A DNA stretch of 64,000 nt from Gemmatimonadota bacterium (GCA_036679645.1 JAZDCY010000012.1:1-64000); one strand, 5' to 3'; shown: positions 1 through 11,016, counted from the first letter of the stretch. Translations and numbers: made by a program. The notes: a model not told the origin generated them from the sequence alone.

Positions 1-273
1 GCCTCGTGGCACTTCCAGCCCGCCGCGCATATCGTGGTCGTATCCAGCGGCGATGCCGCTGGCCGTGCGCTCGCACGTGCTGCCCGTGTCGTGTATCATC
101 CTCGGAAGATCGTACGCCTCGTGGCACCCGATGCCGATGTGCGCGCGCTTCCCGGCCCCGTCCGCGCCATGCTCAACGGCGACGTTCCTAGGGCGTACGT
201 GTGCGTCGGCTCCCAGTGTGCACCGCCGGGATCAACCGCGCAGGAACTTCTCTCTACCCTAGAGCAGTCATGA
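1..273 (+). CDS. Thioredoxin-domain protein (YyaL/SSP411-like), C-terminal fragment, 5' partial
   Basis: Frame open from base 1; ends with RAYVCVGSQCAPP, the AYVC-x3-C-x-P C-terminus typical of this family; stop overlaps next ATG (ATGA). Confidence 0.65.
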   Translation, partial: ASWHFQPAAHIVVVSSGDAAGRALARAARVVYHPRKIVRLVAPDADVRALPGPVRAMLNGDVPRAYVCVGSQCAPPGSTAQELLSTLEQS

Positions 274-695
274 TCATCGATTTTGCCGTCGTCTGTGACT
301 ACGCGCTCGTCGACCGTTTCGGGAAACTCTCCGTGCTCGGCATCTTCCAACACATCTGGGTCGCCCAGTTTCCGTCGGTCCACCCTCGACTGCACCTCGT
401 AGTCCGCCTCAAGGGGCGGAGGACCGAAGTCGGCCAACACGAGCTGGTGATCCGGCTCGTCAACGAAGACGGAACCGAGGTCCTGAGCGGAACCGGCACA
501 GTCACGTTCAACGAGCCTCCAGCCGGCGTGCTGGAGATCGAGGCGGGCACGGTTCTCGCGTTCGATGTGCCGTTCGAGCGCGCGGGCCGATATGCTTTCG
601 AGGTCGGCGTGGATGGTGACCTCGAGACGACAGTACCAATTACAGTCTCACAATCTCCGTCGTCGGGGCCTCCGGCGCCGCCCACACTACACTAG
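270..695 (+). CDS. Conserved hypothetical beta-rich protein (DUF6941-like)
   Basis: MIIDFAVVCDYALVDRFGKLSVLGIF...FP...F...G.Y.FEV pattern; ATG overlaps upstream TGA. Confidence 0.6.
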   Translation: MIIDFAVVCDYALVDRFGKLSVLGIFQHIWVAQFPSVHPRLHLVVRLKGRRTEVGQHELVIRLVNEDGTEVLSGTGTVTFNEPPAGVLEIEAGTVLAFDVPFERAGRYAFEVGVDGDLETTVPITVSQSPSSGPPAPPTLH

Positions 696-706
696 CGAGC
701 TGATTC

Positions 707-2422
707 GTGGGGGTTCCCCGCCTCGTCCTGTGGGGTTGCGCGGTGGCCGTACTCGTCGGACTCACCTACGGAGTCGGTGGGCATGTGCTACTCGAGCCGG
801 ACGAAGGACGCAACGCCGAGATCGCACGCGAGATGGCAGAGACGAACAGCTTTGTGCTGCCCCGCCTGAACGGCCTACCGTACCTCGACAAGCCCGTACT
901 GTACTTCGCGACTGGAGCAGTTGCGATGAAGATCTTCGGGATCAACGCGACTGCGGCACGAATCCCATCCCTAGTCTTCACCGTTCTGACCCTCGCAGTC
1001 GTGGTATTGCTCGGGTATACGATGTTCGGGTCCGAAGGTGCCTGGACCGCCGGCATTGCGTTTGGCGCCTCGCCCTTTGCCGTGACCTACGCGCGCGTCG
1101 TTATTTTCGACAGCGCGCTCGCATTTTTTGTCACACTGTCATGCGCGGCCTTCTTCCTGGCATCTGAGGCCGTGCATCGCAGCGATGGCAACGTGGGTGA
1201 GGATTACGGCGTACCACTGGGGGGACCCGTGGTTTGGTCGGTCGTCGCCTGGGCGGCTATCGGGTTGGGCATCCTGACCAAGGGGCCTGTCGCGCTGCTA
1301 CTGCCGTTGCTCGTCATGGGACCGTACGCTGCCTGGCGCGGGACACTACGCACGCTCTTCGAACCTGTGGGACTCCTGACGTGCGTGGCGATCGTGTTGC
1401 CGTGGGTCCTTGCCATCGAACGACGCATCCCCGGGTTCCTGCGCTACGTGTTCGTCGTCGAAACGGGGGAACGCATTTTCACAGATCGGCTCGGGCGGTC
1501 CGAGCCAATCTGGTATTTTCTGCCCATCATGCTAGGTGCTGCATTCCCGTGGACCGGCGTCGTGCTCGGCGGACTGCGCGGCATGCGCCGCCGCGCCGCC
1601 AGCTCGTGGGACAGACGCACGGTGTTTCTCTCCCTATGGATCGCCCTCCCGCTTCTCCTCTTCACGTTGTCGCAGTCGAAACGACCGCAATACATCTTGC
1701 CGCTCGTTCCCGCTGTCGCCCTGCTGGTCGCGCGCATGTGGTCGCACGTAAGCGGTCGCATGCCAGGCGCGACCGCCGCCGGGGTTGGGCTCACCGTGCT
1801 GGGATTCGTCCTCGCGTCGGGTGCGCGGTGGCTCCCGTCGATCTTCGAGACGACCGACGCGGTGCGTGCGGCCATTCCGCCAACCGCGCTGACGTTGGGA
1901 GCGGTGAGCGCGGTTGCGGGGTTGGTGACGGTGACCGTTGCCCACCATCGCCACGCTGTGCTGTTGGCGTGTGCGCTCCCAGTCACGGCCATTCCGGTGA
2001 TCGGGGGACGGCTCCTGCGAGCCATCGCAGAGGACCGGTCGACGGCCGGCCTCGTCGAGGCCATACGGCCCGCCCTCACGGCCGAGACGGAGCTGATTGC
2101 CGTCGGCGTATATCCGCTCTCCCTCTCCTTCTATACCGGACGGACAGTTCTCCTGGCGACAGTCGACGGTAGCGAACTCACGAGCAACTACGTGACGCGC
2201 CACATGGACCAGCTCCGGCGTATCCCGAATACGACACTCCGACCCGCCGACTGGTGGGTCGAGGCGCTGGTGTTATGTGACCGGCCACGCGTGTTCATCG
2301 TCCCGGCGGAAGCGGCTGCCATCCGGAACCGGCTGAGAATGCTTCCGCTATTGGCGGAGACACGGAAGGTCGCTGCGTACGGACCGTGTGGTCGTCCCGA
2401 CCTCGCACTCGCGGTCCGGTGA
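707..2422 (+). CDS. ArnT-like GT-C (PMT_2 / GT83) lipid-linked sugar transferase
   Basis: DEGRNAEIAREM, PRLNGLPYLDKPVLY, LTKGPV and SKRPQYILP motifs; multiple TM helices. Confidence 0.85.
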   Translation: MGVPRLVLWGCAVAVLVGLTYGVGGHVLLEPDEGRNAEIAREMAETNSFVLPRLNGLPYLDKPVLYFATGAVAMKIFGINATAARIPSLVFTVLTLAVVVLLGYTMFGSEGAWTAGIAFGASPFAVTYARVVIFDSALAFFVTLSCAAFFLASEAVHRSDGNVGEDYGVPLGGPVVWSVVAWAAIGLGILTKGPVALLLPLLVMGPYAAWRGTLRTLFEPVGLLTCVAIVLPWVLAIERRIPGFLRYVFVVETGERIFTDRLGRSEPIWYFLPIMLGAAFPWTGVVLGGLRGMRRRAASSWDRRTVFLSLWIALPLLLFTLSQSKRPQYILPLVPAVALLVARMWSHVSGRMPGATAAGVGLTVLGFVLASGARWLPSIFETTDAVRAAIPPTALTLGAVSAVAGLVTVTVAHHRHAVLLACALPVTAIPVIGGRLLRAIAEDRSTAGLVEAIRPALTAETELIAVGVYPLSLSFYTGRTVLLATVDGSELTSNYVTRHMDQLRRIPNTTLRPADWWVEALVLCDRPRVFIVPAEAAAIRNRLRMLPLLAETRKVAAYGPCGRPDLALAVR

Positions 2423-2423
2423 T

Positions 2424-4265
2424 ATGTGCGGCATCTACGGCGCAATCTCACTAAGCGGTGCGCGCGTCGCTGATCGCGGCTTCGCGACAGAGATGGCGAA
2501 GGCGCTGCGACACCGTGGTCCAGACGGACACGGGACTGCCCGTCGCGAGAGTGGGGTGATCGGGGCAACGCGTCTGCGCGTCGTCGATCCCGATCCTGCT
2601 GGAGATCAACCGTTTGCAGATCCCGACGGAACGGCTCTCCTCGTAATCAACGGTGAGATCTATAACGCCGAAGAGCTGCGAGCCCGTTACTCGACGTATC
2701 AGTTCCGGTCACGCACTGATGTCGAGTGCGTGCTGCCGCTGCTGCTCGCGAAGAGCGCTACAGGGATTGACGATCTCGACGGCATGTTCGCGCTCGTTCT
2801 GTGGCAGCCCGAGCGACGCCGATTGATACTCGCGCGCGATCGCGCCGGGGAAAAGCCGCTCTTCTACGCGCGCCGGGATGACCAGCTTCTCTTCGCCTCC
2901 GAAATTGGGGCACTCCTCGCAGCCGGCGGAATCTCCGCACACCTCGACCACACCGCAGCGAGCCAGTTTGCGCGGAACGGATGTGTGGAAGAACCGCGCA
3001 CGCTGATCAGAGGCATTCGTTCGGTACCAGCTGGATCGGTCATCCTCATTGACCCGACCGGCGAGCGCACGCATCGGTATTGGGACGTTGACGCATTTGC
3101 AACCTCCTCGACCCCCCCGGACATCGCTGCACTCGAGGCAACGCTCACCGACGCCGTGGAACGCCAACTGCGCGCAGATGTCCCGCTTGGCGTATTCACC
3201 AGCGGCGGAGTCGATTCGTCGCTCCTCGCGGTGCACGCGGCCCGAAAGCTCGGCGAACGACTTGTGACGTGCTCCGTCGGGTTTCCGGATCACCGGTACG
3301 ACGAGCGTCCGTTCGCGCGTCGACTCGCCAATACGCTCGGCGGGCGCCACATCACCGCGGTCGCAGACTACGACGCGATGCGAGCGGCGCTGGACGAGCT
3401 GGTGCTGGCGGGCGAGCCCATCGCTGATCCGGCAGCGATGCCAACCCTCATACTGGCCAAGGCGGCGCGGGAACATGTGACGGTCGTGATGAGCGGGGAG
3501 GGCGCTGATGAGCTGTTTGGCGGGTACCCGACCTACCTTGGCCATCGCCATGCCGGCAGATTCACGGCGCTTCCTCAGGCAGCGCAGACCGTGGTCCGGT
3601 CTGCCCTTCGCGGCTTGCCGAATTCGACCGGACGGGTTCCGCTCCCGTTCTTGCTGCGTCGATTCGTTGCGGACGCCGCACGCCCGTGGGAGGACCGGCA
3701 CCGTCAATGGTTTGGAACCGGACTCCCGGTGAGCGTGCTCCAGCCGGAATGGCGTGGTGCCGACCTCGAGTCCGCTGCCGACCACCATCCCGAGGACGTA
3801 GTCGGTTCCGCCATGCGTCTGGATTATCGACTTGGACTCCGTCAACGCCTGCTCGTCAAGCTCGATCGCGCCACGATGCGCGCCTCGCTCGAGGCGCGTG
3901 CGCCTTTTCTGGATAGACGTCTCACGCAGATGGCGTTCGAGATTCCGGGATGGGTTCATGTCGGCGGCACATCTACCAAGCGCGTCTTGAAAGCAGTAGC
4001 ACGGCGCTCGGTTCCACGGTTTATTGTGCACAGACGGAAACGCGGGCTAAGCGTGCCAATCGCCGAGTGGCTAAACGGGAGCTTGGCATCCGAGATACAT
4101 GACCTCCTGGGTCGCGACCGCCTGCGGCGGCAGGGCATCTTCAATACCGATACGGTAGAGCGCTTGGTCACCGAGCACCGGACCCGGCGCATGGACCACT
4201 CGCGTGGCCTGTGGGCTCTGTTCACCTTCCAACACTGGATGGACCGATGGGGAGTGACGCCATGA
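2424..4265 (+). CDS. asnB: Asparagine synthase (glutamine-hydrolysing)-family amidotransferase
   Basis: N-terminal MCGI, HRGPD, NGEIYN, RDRAGEKPLFY, SGGVDSS, SGEGADELFGGY. Confidence 0.85.
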   Translation: MCGIYGAISLSGARVADRGFATEMAKALRHRGPDGHGTARRESGVIGATRLRVVDPDPAGDQPFADPDGTALLVINGEIYNAEELRARYSTYQFRSRTDVECVLPLLLAKSATGIDDLDGMFALVLWQPERRRLILARDRAGEKPLFYARRDDQLLFASEIGALLAAGGISAHLDHTAASQFARNGCVEEPRTLIRGIRSVPAGSVILIDPTGERTHRYWDVDAFATSSTPPDIAALEATLTDAVERQLRADVPLGVFTSGGVDSSLLAVHAARKLGERLVTCSVGFPDHRYDERPFARRLANTLGGRHITAVADYDAMRAALDELVLAGEPIADPAAMPTLILAKAAREHVTVVMSGEGADELFGGYPTYLGHRHAGRFTALPQAAQTVVRSALRGLPNSTGRVPLPFLLRRFVADAARPWEDRHRQWFGTGLPVSVLQPEWRGADLESAADHHPEDVVGSAMRLDYRLGLRQRLLVKLDRATMRASLEARAPFLDRRLTQMAFEIPGWVHVGGTSTKRVLKAVARRSVPRFIVHRRKRGLSVPIAEWLNGSLASEIHDLLGRDRLRRQGIFNTDTVERLVTEHRTRRMDHSRGLWALFTFQHWMDRWGVTP

Positions 4266-4843
4266 CGATGACGCGTGACGAGGCGCTCGCGTTGATGCAC
4301 GAGTACACACCCTCCGACGCGCTGCGGAGGCACATGTACGCGGTCGAGATCGCTATGCGCGGTTACGCACGCAAACATCGGGAGAACGATGAGTCCTGGG
4401 GTCTCGTCGGACTGTTGCACGACTTCGATTACGAGCGATATCCCAACGATGCACACTTGCCAACCGAGGAGCATCCCTCGTTCGGCGTCGGTCTGCTCCG
4501 GGAACGCGCCTTTCCCGAGGAGATGTGTACCGCCATCCTCGGCCACGCACCGTACACGGGGGTGCCGCGCACCAGCCTCATGGCCAAGACCCTCTTTGCG
4601 GTCGATGAGCTATGCGGCTTTCTCGTGGCCTGCGCACTGGTCCGGCCGTCGCGCAGCCTCCGGGACCTCGAGTACAAGAGCTTCCGGAAGAAGTTCAAGG
4701 ACAAGGCGTTCGCCAAGGGTGTGAGCCGCGACGACATCCGCCAGGGAGCTGAGGAACTCGACGTAGATCTCGAAGAGCACGTGCGTTTCGTCATCGAGAC
4801 GCTCCGACCCGAAGAGGCGTGTATCGGGCTCGGGACGGGCTGA
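4262..4843 (+). CDS. HD/HDIG-domain metal-dependent phosphohydrolase
   Basis: LRRHMYAVE, GLLHDFDYE, LFAVDELCGF, KFKDKAFAKGV; ATGA overlap with asnB. Confidence 0.85.
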   Translation: MTMTRDEALALMHEYTPSDALRRHMYAVEIAMRGYARKHRENDESWGLVGLLHDFDYERYPNDAHLPTEEHPSFGVGLLRERAFPEEMCTAILGHAPYTGVPRTSLMAKTLFAVDELCGFLVACALVRPSRSLRDLEYKSFRKKFKDKAFAKGVSRDDIRQGAEELDVDLEEHVRFVIETLRPEEACIGLGTG

Positions 4844-4849
4844 GCGTCG

Positions 4850-4876
4850 TCAACGCCCGCACCGGATCGTGCGTAT
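4850..4876 (+). promoter_or_regulatory. Putative ECF-sigma promoter (AAC-N17-CGT)
   Basis: tcAAC (AAC 4852-4854), 17 nt, CGTat (4872-4874), directly upstream of an ECF sigma gene. Confidence 0.5.
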
Positions 4877-5435
4877 CCAAGATGTGCCCGATGGAGACCT
4901 CGCGAAGCGAGGTACGGGTGGAGACCGGGAGGCGTTTGGGGAACTTGTAGCCCGGTACGCCGCGGCTGCCCGGCGGGTGGCACACGGGGTGCTCGGCGAT
5001 CCTGATGACGCCGACGACGCGGCGCAGGATGGGTTCCTGCTGGCATGGCGCCATCTCGGGCGGTATGACCCGGCCCGACCGTTCGGACCATGGCTGATGC
5101 GCATCGTGGCAAACGCGGCCACAGATCGCCGGCGCCGGCGCCGGGTCCGTCAAGCCGAGCCATTGTCGCCGGCCGCGGCAGCGCCGGACGACAGCCCCGC
5201 TGACGTAACCGACCGGCGGGCGTTCTATTCAGCGCTTCGGGATGCGCTGGCCACGCTGCCGGAGCGGCAGCGCAAGGCGGTAGTGCTCTTTGACGTGGAG
5301 GGGTACAGCCACCGAGAGATTGGAGAAGTGCTCGGCGTGCCTGAAGGTACCGTGCGGTCGGACGTGTTCCACGCACGACGTGCACTCCGGTCGCACCTCG
5401 ACGCCTGGAAAGACTGGAAGGGGAAGAACGGATGA
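4869..5435 (+). CDS. ECF RNA polymerase sigma-70 factor (true start may be GTG 4884)
   Basis: DADDAAQDGFLLAW...F.PWLMRIVAN (region 2); LPERQRKAVVL...YSHREIGEVLGVPEGTVRS (region 4.2). Confidence 0.92.
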   Translation: MRIQDVPDGDLAKRGTGGDREAFGELVARYAAAARRVAHGVLGDPDDADDAAQDGFLLAWRHLGRYDPARPFGPWLMRIVANAATDRRRRRRVRQAEPLSPAAAAPDDSPADVTDRRAFYSALRDALATLPERQRKAVVLFDVEGYSHREIGEVLGVPEGTVRSDVFHARRALRSHLDAWKDWKGKNG

Positions 5436-5794
5436 ACGATCTCAACGCTTTCGATCACGCACCGGACAGTGAACTCGGATCGGCACTCCGCGCAGCTCTC
5501 TCGGCTGCGGACGATGACACGTTCGTTCGCGACGTCATGGCCCGCCTGGACCAGCCGGTCACGTCGTGGGATGTTCTGGGCACGTGGGTGCGACCTGGAT
5601 TGGCGGCCGCCGTCGTGCTCACCGCCATGGCTGGCTTCTGGCTGGGGCGTGCGGTACACCCCGCCACACAGCCCGTCCCGGTGGAGGAAGCCCTCACGGT
5701 CACCGCCGGCAACGGGACGATGACCGCATTGATAAGCGCGGAGTCGCCCCCAGCAATCGATGTGCTGTTTCAGAGCACGAACGACGATCACTAA
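5432..5794 (+). CDS. Putative single-TM anti-sigma factor
   Basis: ATGA-coupled to the ECF sigma; one hydrophobic helix (GLAAAVVLTAMAGFWLG). Confidence 0.55.
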   Translation: MNDLNAFDHAPDSELGSALRAALSAADDDTFVRDVMARLDQPVTSWDVLGTWVRPGLAAAVVLTAMAGFWLGRAVHPATQPVPVEEALTVTAGNGTMTALISAESPPAIDVLFQSTNDDH

Positions 5795-5834
5795 CGTGCG
5801 CACAGTGCGTACTGTCTTGAGCCAGGATGATGCA

Positions 5835-6251
5835 ATGCTGAATCGATCGAAGCTATCCGCGGTCGTGCTGCTGACCGCGGTCTTCGCCTCCGGCACCGTC
5901 GTGGGCGGTGCGGTCTCGGCCGCGTGGGGCGACCGACCAAACACCGAGGAGAACCGGCGCGAGCGCCGCCGGGACCGCGACTACGCCAGTCACCTCCAGG
6001 AAGAACTGGGGCTGTCCACCTCGCAGCGCGACAGCGTGCAACAGATCCTGAAGACGTATCAGCAGGCGATGTCCGAGCTGTGGTCCGATGTGCGACCCCG
6101 CATGCAGGAGATCAGAGTGGAAGTCCGCGGTCACATCACGGACGTGCTTGATGAAGAGCAGCAGGCACGGTTCGCGGAGCACAACGCGCGGTCGGACAGC
6201 GCCCGTGCCGCTCGAAGCGACGGACGGCGTGGCCGGGGAGGCAGCCGATGA
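5835..6251 (+). CDS. Membrane-anchored helical periplasmic protein (Spy/CpxP / heavy-metal-sensor-like)
   Basis: N-terminal TM (VFASGTVVGG), ELGLSTSQ and VLDEEQ LTxxQ-like motifs. Confidence 0.6.
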   Translation: MLNRSKLSAVVLLTAVFASGTVVGGAVSAAWGDRPNTEENRRERRRDRDYASHLQEELGLSTSQRDSVQQILKTYQQAMSELWSDVRPRMQEIRVEVRGHITDVLDEEQQARFAEHNARSDSARAARSDGRRGRGGSR

Positions 6252-7540
6252 GATACCAAACGATCGCGCGTGCGGGTATTGTGACGGTGCTCGCCGTCTG
6301 GGCCCATCCGGCCGCCGCCCAGCAGGTACCCACCGTCACACTGGATGAGGCAATCGAGTTGGCGCTGCGTGTCCAGCCGACGGTCATTCAAGCGCGCGGT
6401 GACGTGCGTGTTGCGCAGGCGGCGCGGCGAGAAGCGATGGGGAGCTGGCTGCCAACCCTCACCGGCAACTCGTCGTTCAGCCGGAACTCGGCCAGTCGCT
6501 TCAACCAAGAGACGCAGACGTTCGTCAGCGCGTCGGCGAGTAACAGCTACTCGGCCGGCCTGACCGCTTCGCTTCAGCTTTTCGACGGGTTCCGCCGCTC
6601 CGCCGCGAGCCGGTCGGCAGGCGCAGATGCCGTGAGCGCCGATGCCGATCTCGTTGCGGCGCGCTTCGATGTGGTCTTGCAAACGAAACAAGTGTTCTTC
6701 AATGCAGTGGCCGCTGAGGAACTCGTGCGCGTCGCACAAGCCCGCATCCAGAGCGCCCAAGAACAGTTGAAGATTTCCAAGGATAAGCTCGCCGCGGGCA
6801 GTGCTACGCGCTCAGATACGCTCAGAGGAACGGTCGAACTCGCGAATGCTCGGTTGCAGTTGCTCAATGCCGAGACACAACTCTCGAATGCGCATGCGTC
6901 GCTCTCACAATTGATCGGATATGACGGCCCGGTCCGGACCATGTCCGATTCGGCGCTGTTCACGTTGGCATCACTCGACACGATCGGTCTCCGGGAAGAG
7001 CTGCTGCAGGGTTCTCCCTTCATTCAGGCAACCGATGCGGCGGCCAAGGCGGCTGGGGCACAGGTGGCGGTCTCGCGCGCACAATATTTCCCGACGATCA
7101 ACGCGTCGTATTCGCCGTCCTGGTCCGGTTCCAGTCTTGATCAGCTTCGCAACAGCTGGTCGCTGCGGCTCAACATGAGCTGGTCGCTGTTCAACGGTTT
7201 TTCGCGAGAGAGCAACGTGGCGCGCGCGTCGGCGTCCCGTGACGCAGCAGAGGCGCGCGTCGAGGACGCCCGGCGGCTAGCGATGGCACAGCTCACGCAG
7301 GACCTTGCTGCACTCACGTCCGCACAGGCGCGCATTGGGATTGCGGGCGTGAGCCTCGCGGCCGCCGGAGAGGACCTGCGGGTCCAGCGGGAACGATACC
7401 GCTTAGGTGCTGCGACACTGTTTGAAGTCTTGACCACCCAGGAGAGCCTCGATCAGGCGGCAGTGGACCGCGTGCAGGCGCGCCTGGATTTCCTGATCGC
7501 CCGTGCGCAACTCGAGGCTCTGCTGGGGAGGGAGCTATGA
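6248..7540 (+). CDS. TolC-family outer membrane efflux protein
   Basis: Signal peptide [25 protein letters not shown] repeats, [10 protein letters not shown]. Confidence 0.9.
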   Translation: MRYQTIARAGIVTVLAVWAHPAAAQQVPTVTLDEAIELALRVQPTVIQARGDVRVAQAARREAMGSWLPTLTGNSSFSRNSASRFNQETQTFVSASASNSYSAGLTASLQLFDGFRRSAASRSAGADAVSADADLVAARFDVVLQTKQVFFNAVAAEELVRVAQARIQSAQEQLKISKDKLAAGSATRSDTLRGTVELANARLQLLNAETQLSNAHASLSQLIGYDGPVRTMSDSALFTLASLDTIGLREELLQGSPFIQATDAAAKAAGAQVAVSRAQYFPTINASYSPSWSGSSLDQLRNSWSLRLNMSWSLFNGFSRESNVARASASRDAAEARVEDARRLAMAQLTQDLAALTSAQARIGIAGVSLAAAGEDLRVQRERYRLGAATLFEVLTTQESLDQAAVDRVQARLDFLIARAQLEALLGREL

Positions 7541-8277
7541 CCGCCAGTCAGATGGACTTCGCAACAGGCGATATTCCGCAGCCGGATATCATCATCTTGA
7601 CCCACAAGCTGTCGCGGGACTACGAGTTGGGTGCCGAAACGGTGCACGCGCTTCGTGAGGTCGATCTGCAGATCCGGCGCAACGAATTCACGGCCATCAT
7701 GGGACCGTCGGGATCGGGAAAGTCGACGCTCATGAACTTGATCGGGTGCCTCGATACACCCACTGGGGGGGAGTACTGGCTGAACGGCCAAAAGGTGAGC
7801 GAGCTGAACGACGACGAGCTTGCACGGATTCGGAACCAGGAGATCGGGTTCGTCTTTCAGACGTTCAATCTTCTGCCGCGCGCCTCGTCGCTGCACAACG
7901 TCGAGCTTCCGCTCATCTACGCCGGCGTCCCGTCGAGACAGCGAAAGGAGCGCGCCGAAGGTGCGCTGGAGCGGGTCGGCCTGGGGGACCGGATGAATCA
8001 CAAGCCGAACGAACTGTCCGGTGGGCAGCGGCAACGTGTGGCGATCGCCCGGGCGCTCGTCAATGAACCGAGTATTTTGCTCGCCGACGAACCGACCGGC
8101 AACCTCGATAGCACGACCAGTTCGGAAATCATGAAGGTCTTCGAGGCGCTCCATGATGCCGGACAGACGATTCTGGTGATCACACACGAGCGCGACATCG
8201 CAGCTCATGCGAGTCGTCAGATCCATCTAATGGACGGCTACATCGAACAGGACCTCGTAACCGCGAGCACGACATGA
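7537..8277 (+). CDS. MacB/LolD-type ABC transporter ATP-binding protein
   Basis: Walker [37 protein letters not shown]. Confidence 0.95.
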   Translation: MTASQMDFATGDIPQPDIIILTHKLSRDYELGAETVHALREVDLQIRRNEFTAIMGPSGSGKSTLMNLIGCLDTPTGGEYWLNGQKVSELNDDELARIRNQEIGFVFQTFNLLPRASSLHNVELPLIYAGVPSRQRKERAEGALERVGLGDRMNHKPNELSGGQRQRVAIARALVNEPSILLADEPTGNLDSTTSSEIMKVFEALHDAGQTILVITHERDIAAHASRQIHLMDGYIEQDLVTASTT

Positions 8278-9800
8278 AGCGTTTTCACATATCCGTGGCA
8301 CTGGTGCTCCTGACGGCCGCCTGTGCCGAAGAGGTTCCGCCACCCCTGTACCAGACGGTGGCAATCTCACGCCGCGATATCGTCGTGTCGGCAAGCGCAG
8401 CAGGCTCCATCGAGCCGGTCACTACAGTCGAAGTGAAGTCCAAGGCCTCGGGTGAGATCATCGAGGTAGCCGTCGAGACGGGCGACGTTGTGCGGACCGG
8501 ACAGCGGCTCGTGCGGGTCGACCCACGGACACCGCGCAACGCTTTGACGCAGGCTGAGGCGGATCTGGTGGTGGCACAGGCGCAGTTGACCAACGCGCAG
8601 TCGCAGTTCCGCCGGGCGGAGGAGCTGTTCCGGACCCGGTCAGTCACGGAAGAGGAATACGACGCCGCGAGGCTGCAGGTCGCCAACGCGAACGCGAGCC
8701 TCGTGCGCGCACAACGCAGTCTCGAGGATGCCCGGATCGCGTTCGAGGATACGGATGTCCGTGCTCCCATCAACGGCGTCATCATCCAGCGGAGCGTCGA
8801 AGTCGGTACCGTGATCTCCTCTGCCACGAGCAATGTCAGCGGAGGGACGACGCTTTTGCAGATGGCCAACCTCGACACGGTGCAGATCCGCTCGCTGGTG
8901 GACGAGACGGACATCGGCAAGATCCAGCCGGGTATGGACGTGACGATCACGGTGGACGCCTATCCCAACCGGCCGTTCGAGGGACAGGTGCTCAAGATCG
9001 AGCCAATGGCCGAGACTGCTCAGAACGTGACGATGTTTCCAGTGCTCGTGCGGATCGCAAACGATGGGGATCTGTTGAAGCCCGGGATGAACGCCGAAGT
9101 CGAGGTGCATGTCGGAGAGGAACGGAACGTACTGGCCGTGCCCAACGCCGCGCTCAGGACCCGCCAGGACATGGGGTCCGCTGCCGCGGTGCTCGGACTC
9201 GAGTTCGACCAAGTACAGCAACAGTTGGCAGCGGCACGGCAGGGCCCAAACGGGGGCGGTCAGACGTCGCTCGGTGGTACGACCGCGAGCGATCAAAGCG
9301 CCTCGAACGTCTACCGCACCCGGGACGGCCGTGAGATCGAGCTGCCCGAGGGCGTTACAGCCGAGCAAGTCGACGAGCTCTTCGCGAAGATGCGGAGCGG
9401 CGGAGGCCCGCAGGCGTTTTCTGCCGAGGATCGGGCGCTCTTCAACAGTATCCGTTCAGCGATGGGCGCTGGCCGCGGAACCCAGGGCCGGGGATCACGA
9501 CCCCGGCGCCGCACTGACGATAGATCTTACCTGTTCGGCGGAGAGTACATCGTCTTCGTGATACGCGACGGGCAGCCGACAGCGGTCCAAGTCCGAACTG
9601 GCCTCACCGATCTCGACTATTCTGAGGTACTCGAGGGTCTGAGCGAAACCGATTCCATCCTGATCCTCCCGAGCGCCGGTCTGATCGAGCAGCAGGAGGA
9701 GTGGCGCGAGCGGATAAACCGGTTCCGCGGTGGCGGTATACCCGGTGTGCAGCGTCAGACGAGCGGGTCGTCCAACAGTTCGTCACGCGGAGGTCACTAG
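8274..9800 (+). CDS. MacA-like efflux periplasmic adaptor (probable lipoprotein)
   Basis: LTAAC lipobox-like start, [44 protein letters not shown]. Confidence 0.9.
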   Translation: MKRFHISVALVLLTAACAEEVPPPLYQTVAISRRDIVVSASAAGSIEPVTTVEVKSKASGEIIEVAVETGDVVRTGQRLVRVDPRTPRNALTQAEADLVVAQAQLTNAQSQFRRAEELFRTRSVTEEEYDAARLQVANANASLVRAQRSLEDARIAFEDTDVRAPINGVIIQRSVEVGTVISSATSNVSGGTTLLQMANLDTVQIRSLVDETDIGKIQPGMDVTITVDAYPNRPFEGQVLKIEPMAETAQNVTMFPVLVRIANDGDLLKPGMNAEVEVHVGEERNVLAVPNAALRTRQDMGSAAAVLGLEFDQVQQQLAAARQGPNGGGQTSLGGTTASDQSASNVYRTRDGREIELPEGVTAEQVDELFAKMRSGGGPQAFSAEDRALFNSIRSAMGAGRGTQGRGSRPRRRTDDRSYLFGGEYIVFVIRDGQPTAVQVRTGLTDLDYSEVLEGLSETDSILILPSAGLIEQQEEWRERINRFRGGGIPGVQRQTSGSSNSSSRGGH

Positions 9801-9801
9801 C

Positions 9802-11016
9802 ATGCTGATCGGGGAAGTTCTCCGTGTGGCGTTCGGCGCCATTCGCGCCAACCTATTGCGTTCGGCGCTCACGATGCTTGGAATCATCATCGGCGTCGCA
9901 GCGGTGATCACGATGGTCGCGCTTGGCACAGGAGCCCAAAAGGCGGTGCAGGATCAGATCGAATCACTGGGAACGGATCTGTTATCCGTATATCCCGGAC
10001 AATCGTGGATGCGCGGGCGAGCCTCCGACTCACGAGTGAGCCTCACGACGGACGACGCGCTCGCGATTGAACGAGCGGCCAACGTGATCACCGATGTAGT
10101 TCCGGAACTCCGGCGCACCCAACAGGTCAAATTCGGGAACCGTAACATCAACGTGAACATCATCGGCACTTCCCCGAACTACATCGACGTGCAGAACTAC
10201 AATGTAGCCGCAGGCGATATGTTCACGGCAGGTGACGACGAGTCTCGCAAACGCGTGGCTGTGATTGGGTGGGGTATCGCCGGGATGCTCGACGCGAACG
10301 GGTTCGCGATGATCGGACAGACAATCCAGATCCGGGGCATCTCGTTCGAAATCGTCGGGCTCCTCGCGGAAAAGGGGGCGTCCAACTCGTTTTCCAACCC
10401 AGACGAGCAAATCCTGATCCCGTTGCAGACGGCGCAATACCGCATCTTCGGCACCGACCGTCTGCGCTCGATCACGGTGAGGGTGGCAACGCCGGACTCG
10501 ATAAACATCGCCATGCTCGAGGTCGAGCGCGCGCTGCGAACCGAGCATGGAATTCGTCCTGGCGCGGGCAACGATTTTCAGATCCGCAACCGCACGGAGT
10601 TTCTCGCTACCTTCGAGGAAACGACCAGGACGTTCACGTTTCTCCTCGCGGGCATTGCAGCGGTGAGCCTACTCGTGGGCGGGATCGGCATCATGAACAT
10701 CATGCTCGTCTCGGTGACCGAGCGCACGCGGGAGATCGGGGTCCGGAAGGCGCTCGGCGCGACTCGGAGAAACATCCTATTGCAGTTCATCGTCGAGGCG
10801 ATGACGCTCTGCGCCATGGGAGGCGTGTGCGGCATCTTCCTTGGGTCCGCCGGGGCGGTCGCCTTGTCGCGGTTGGCGAACTGGAATACGCTGATCTCGC
10901 CGAGCGCCATCGTTCTCTCGGTGGTATTCAGCGTCGGCATCGGCCTGTTCTTCGGCATCTGGCCGGCACAGCGGGCCGCGAAGCTGGATCCGATCGAGGC
11001 GCTGAGATACGAGTAG
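9802..11016 (+). CDS. MacB/FtsX-type ABC transporter permease
   Basis: LRSALTMLGIIIGV, SLLVGGIGIMNIMLVSVTERTREIGVRKALGA, PIEALRYE. Confidence 0.95.
   Translation: MLIGEVLRVAFGAIRANLLRSALTMLGIIIGVAAVITMVALGTGAQKAVQDQIESLGTDLLSVYPGQSWMRGRASDSRVSLTTDDALAIERAANVITDVVPELRRTQQVKFGNRNINVNIIGTSPNYIDVQNYNVAAGDMFTAGDDESRKRVAVIGWGIAGMLDANGFAMIGQTIQIRGISFEIVGLLAEKGASNSFSNPDEQILIPLQTAQYRIFGTDRLRSITVRVATPDSINIAMLEVERALRTEHGIRPGAGNDFQIRNRTEFLATFEETTRTFTFLLAGIAAVSLLVGGIGIMNIMLVSVTERTREIGVRKALGATRRNILLQFIVEAMTLCAMGGVCGIFLGSAGAVALSRLANWNTLISPSAIVLSVVFSVGIGLFFGIWPAQRAAKLDPIEALRYE

Noticed and set aside
2709..4031. 440-aa antisense ORF, and similar long shadows (22028-23236, 46813-48510, 50339-51703, 53248-54531)
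   Set aside because: Each lies opposite a clearly recognisable gene. Long antisense frames are expected at high GC, and these have no motifs.
2424..4265. Lasso-peptide cyclase (AsnB-like)
   Set aside because: Intact MCGI glutaminase domain; no B protein or precursor peptide seen.
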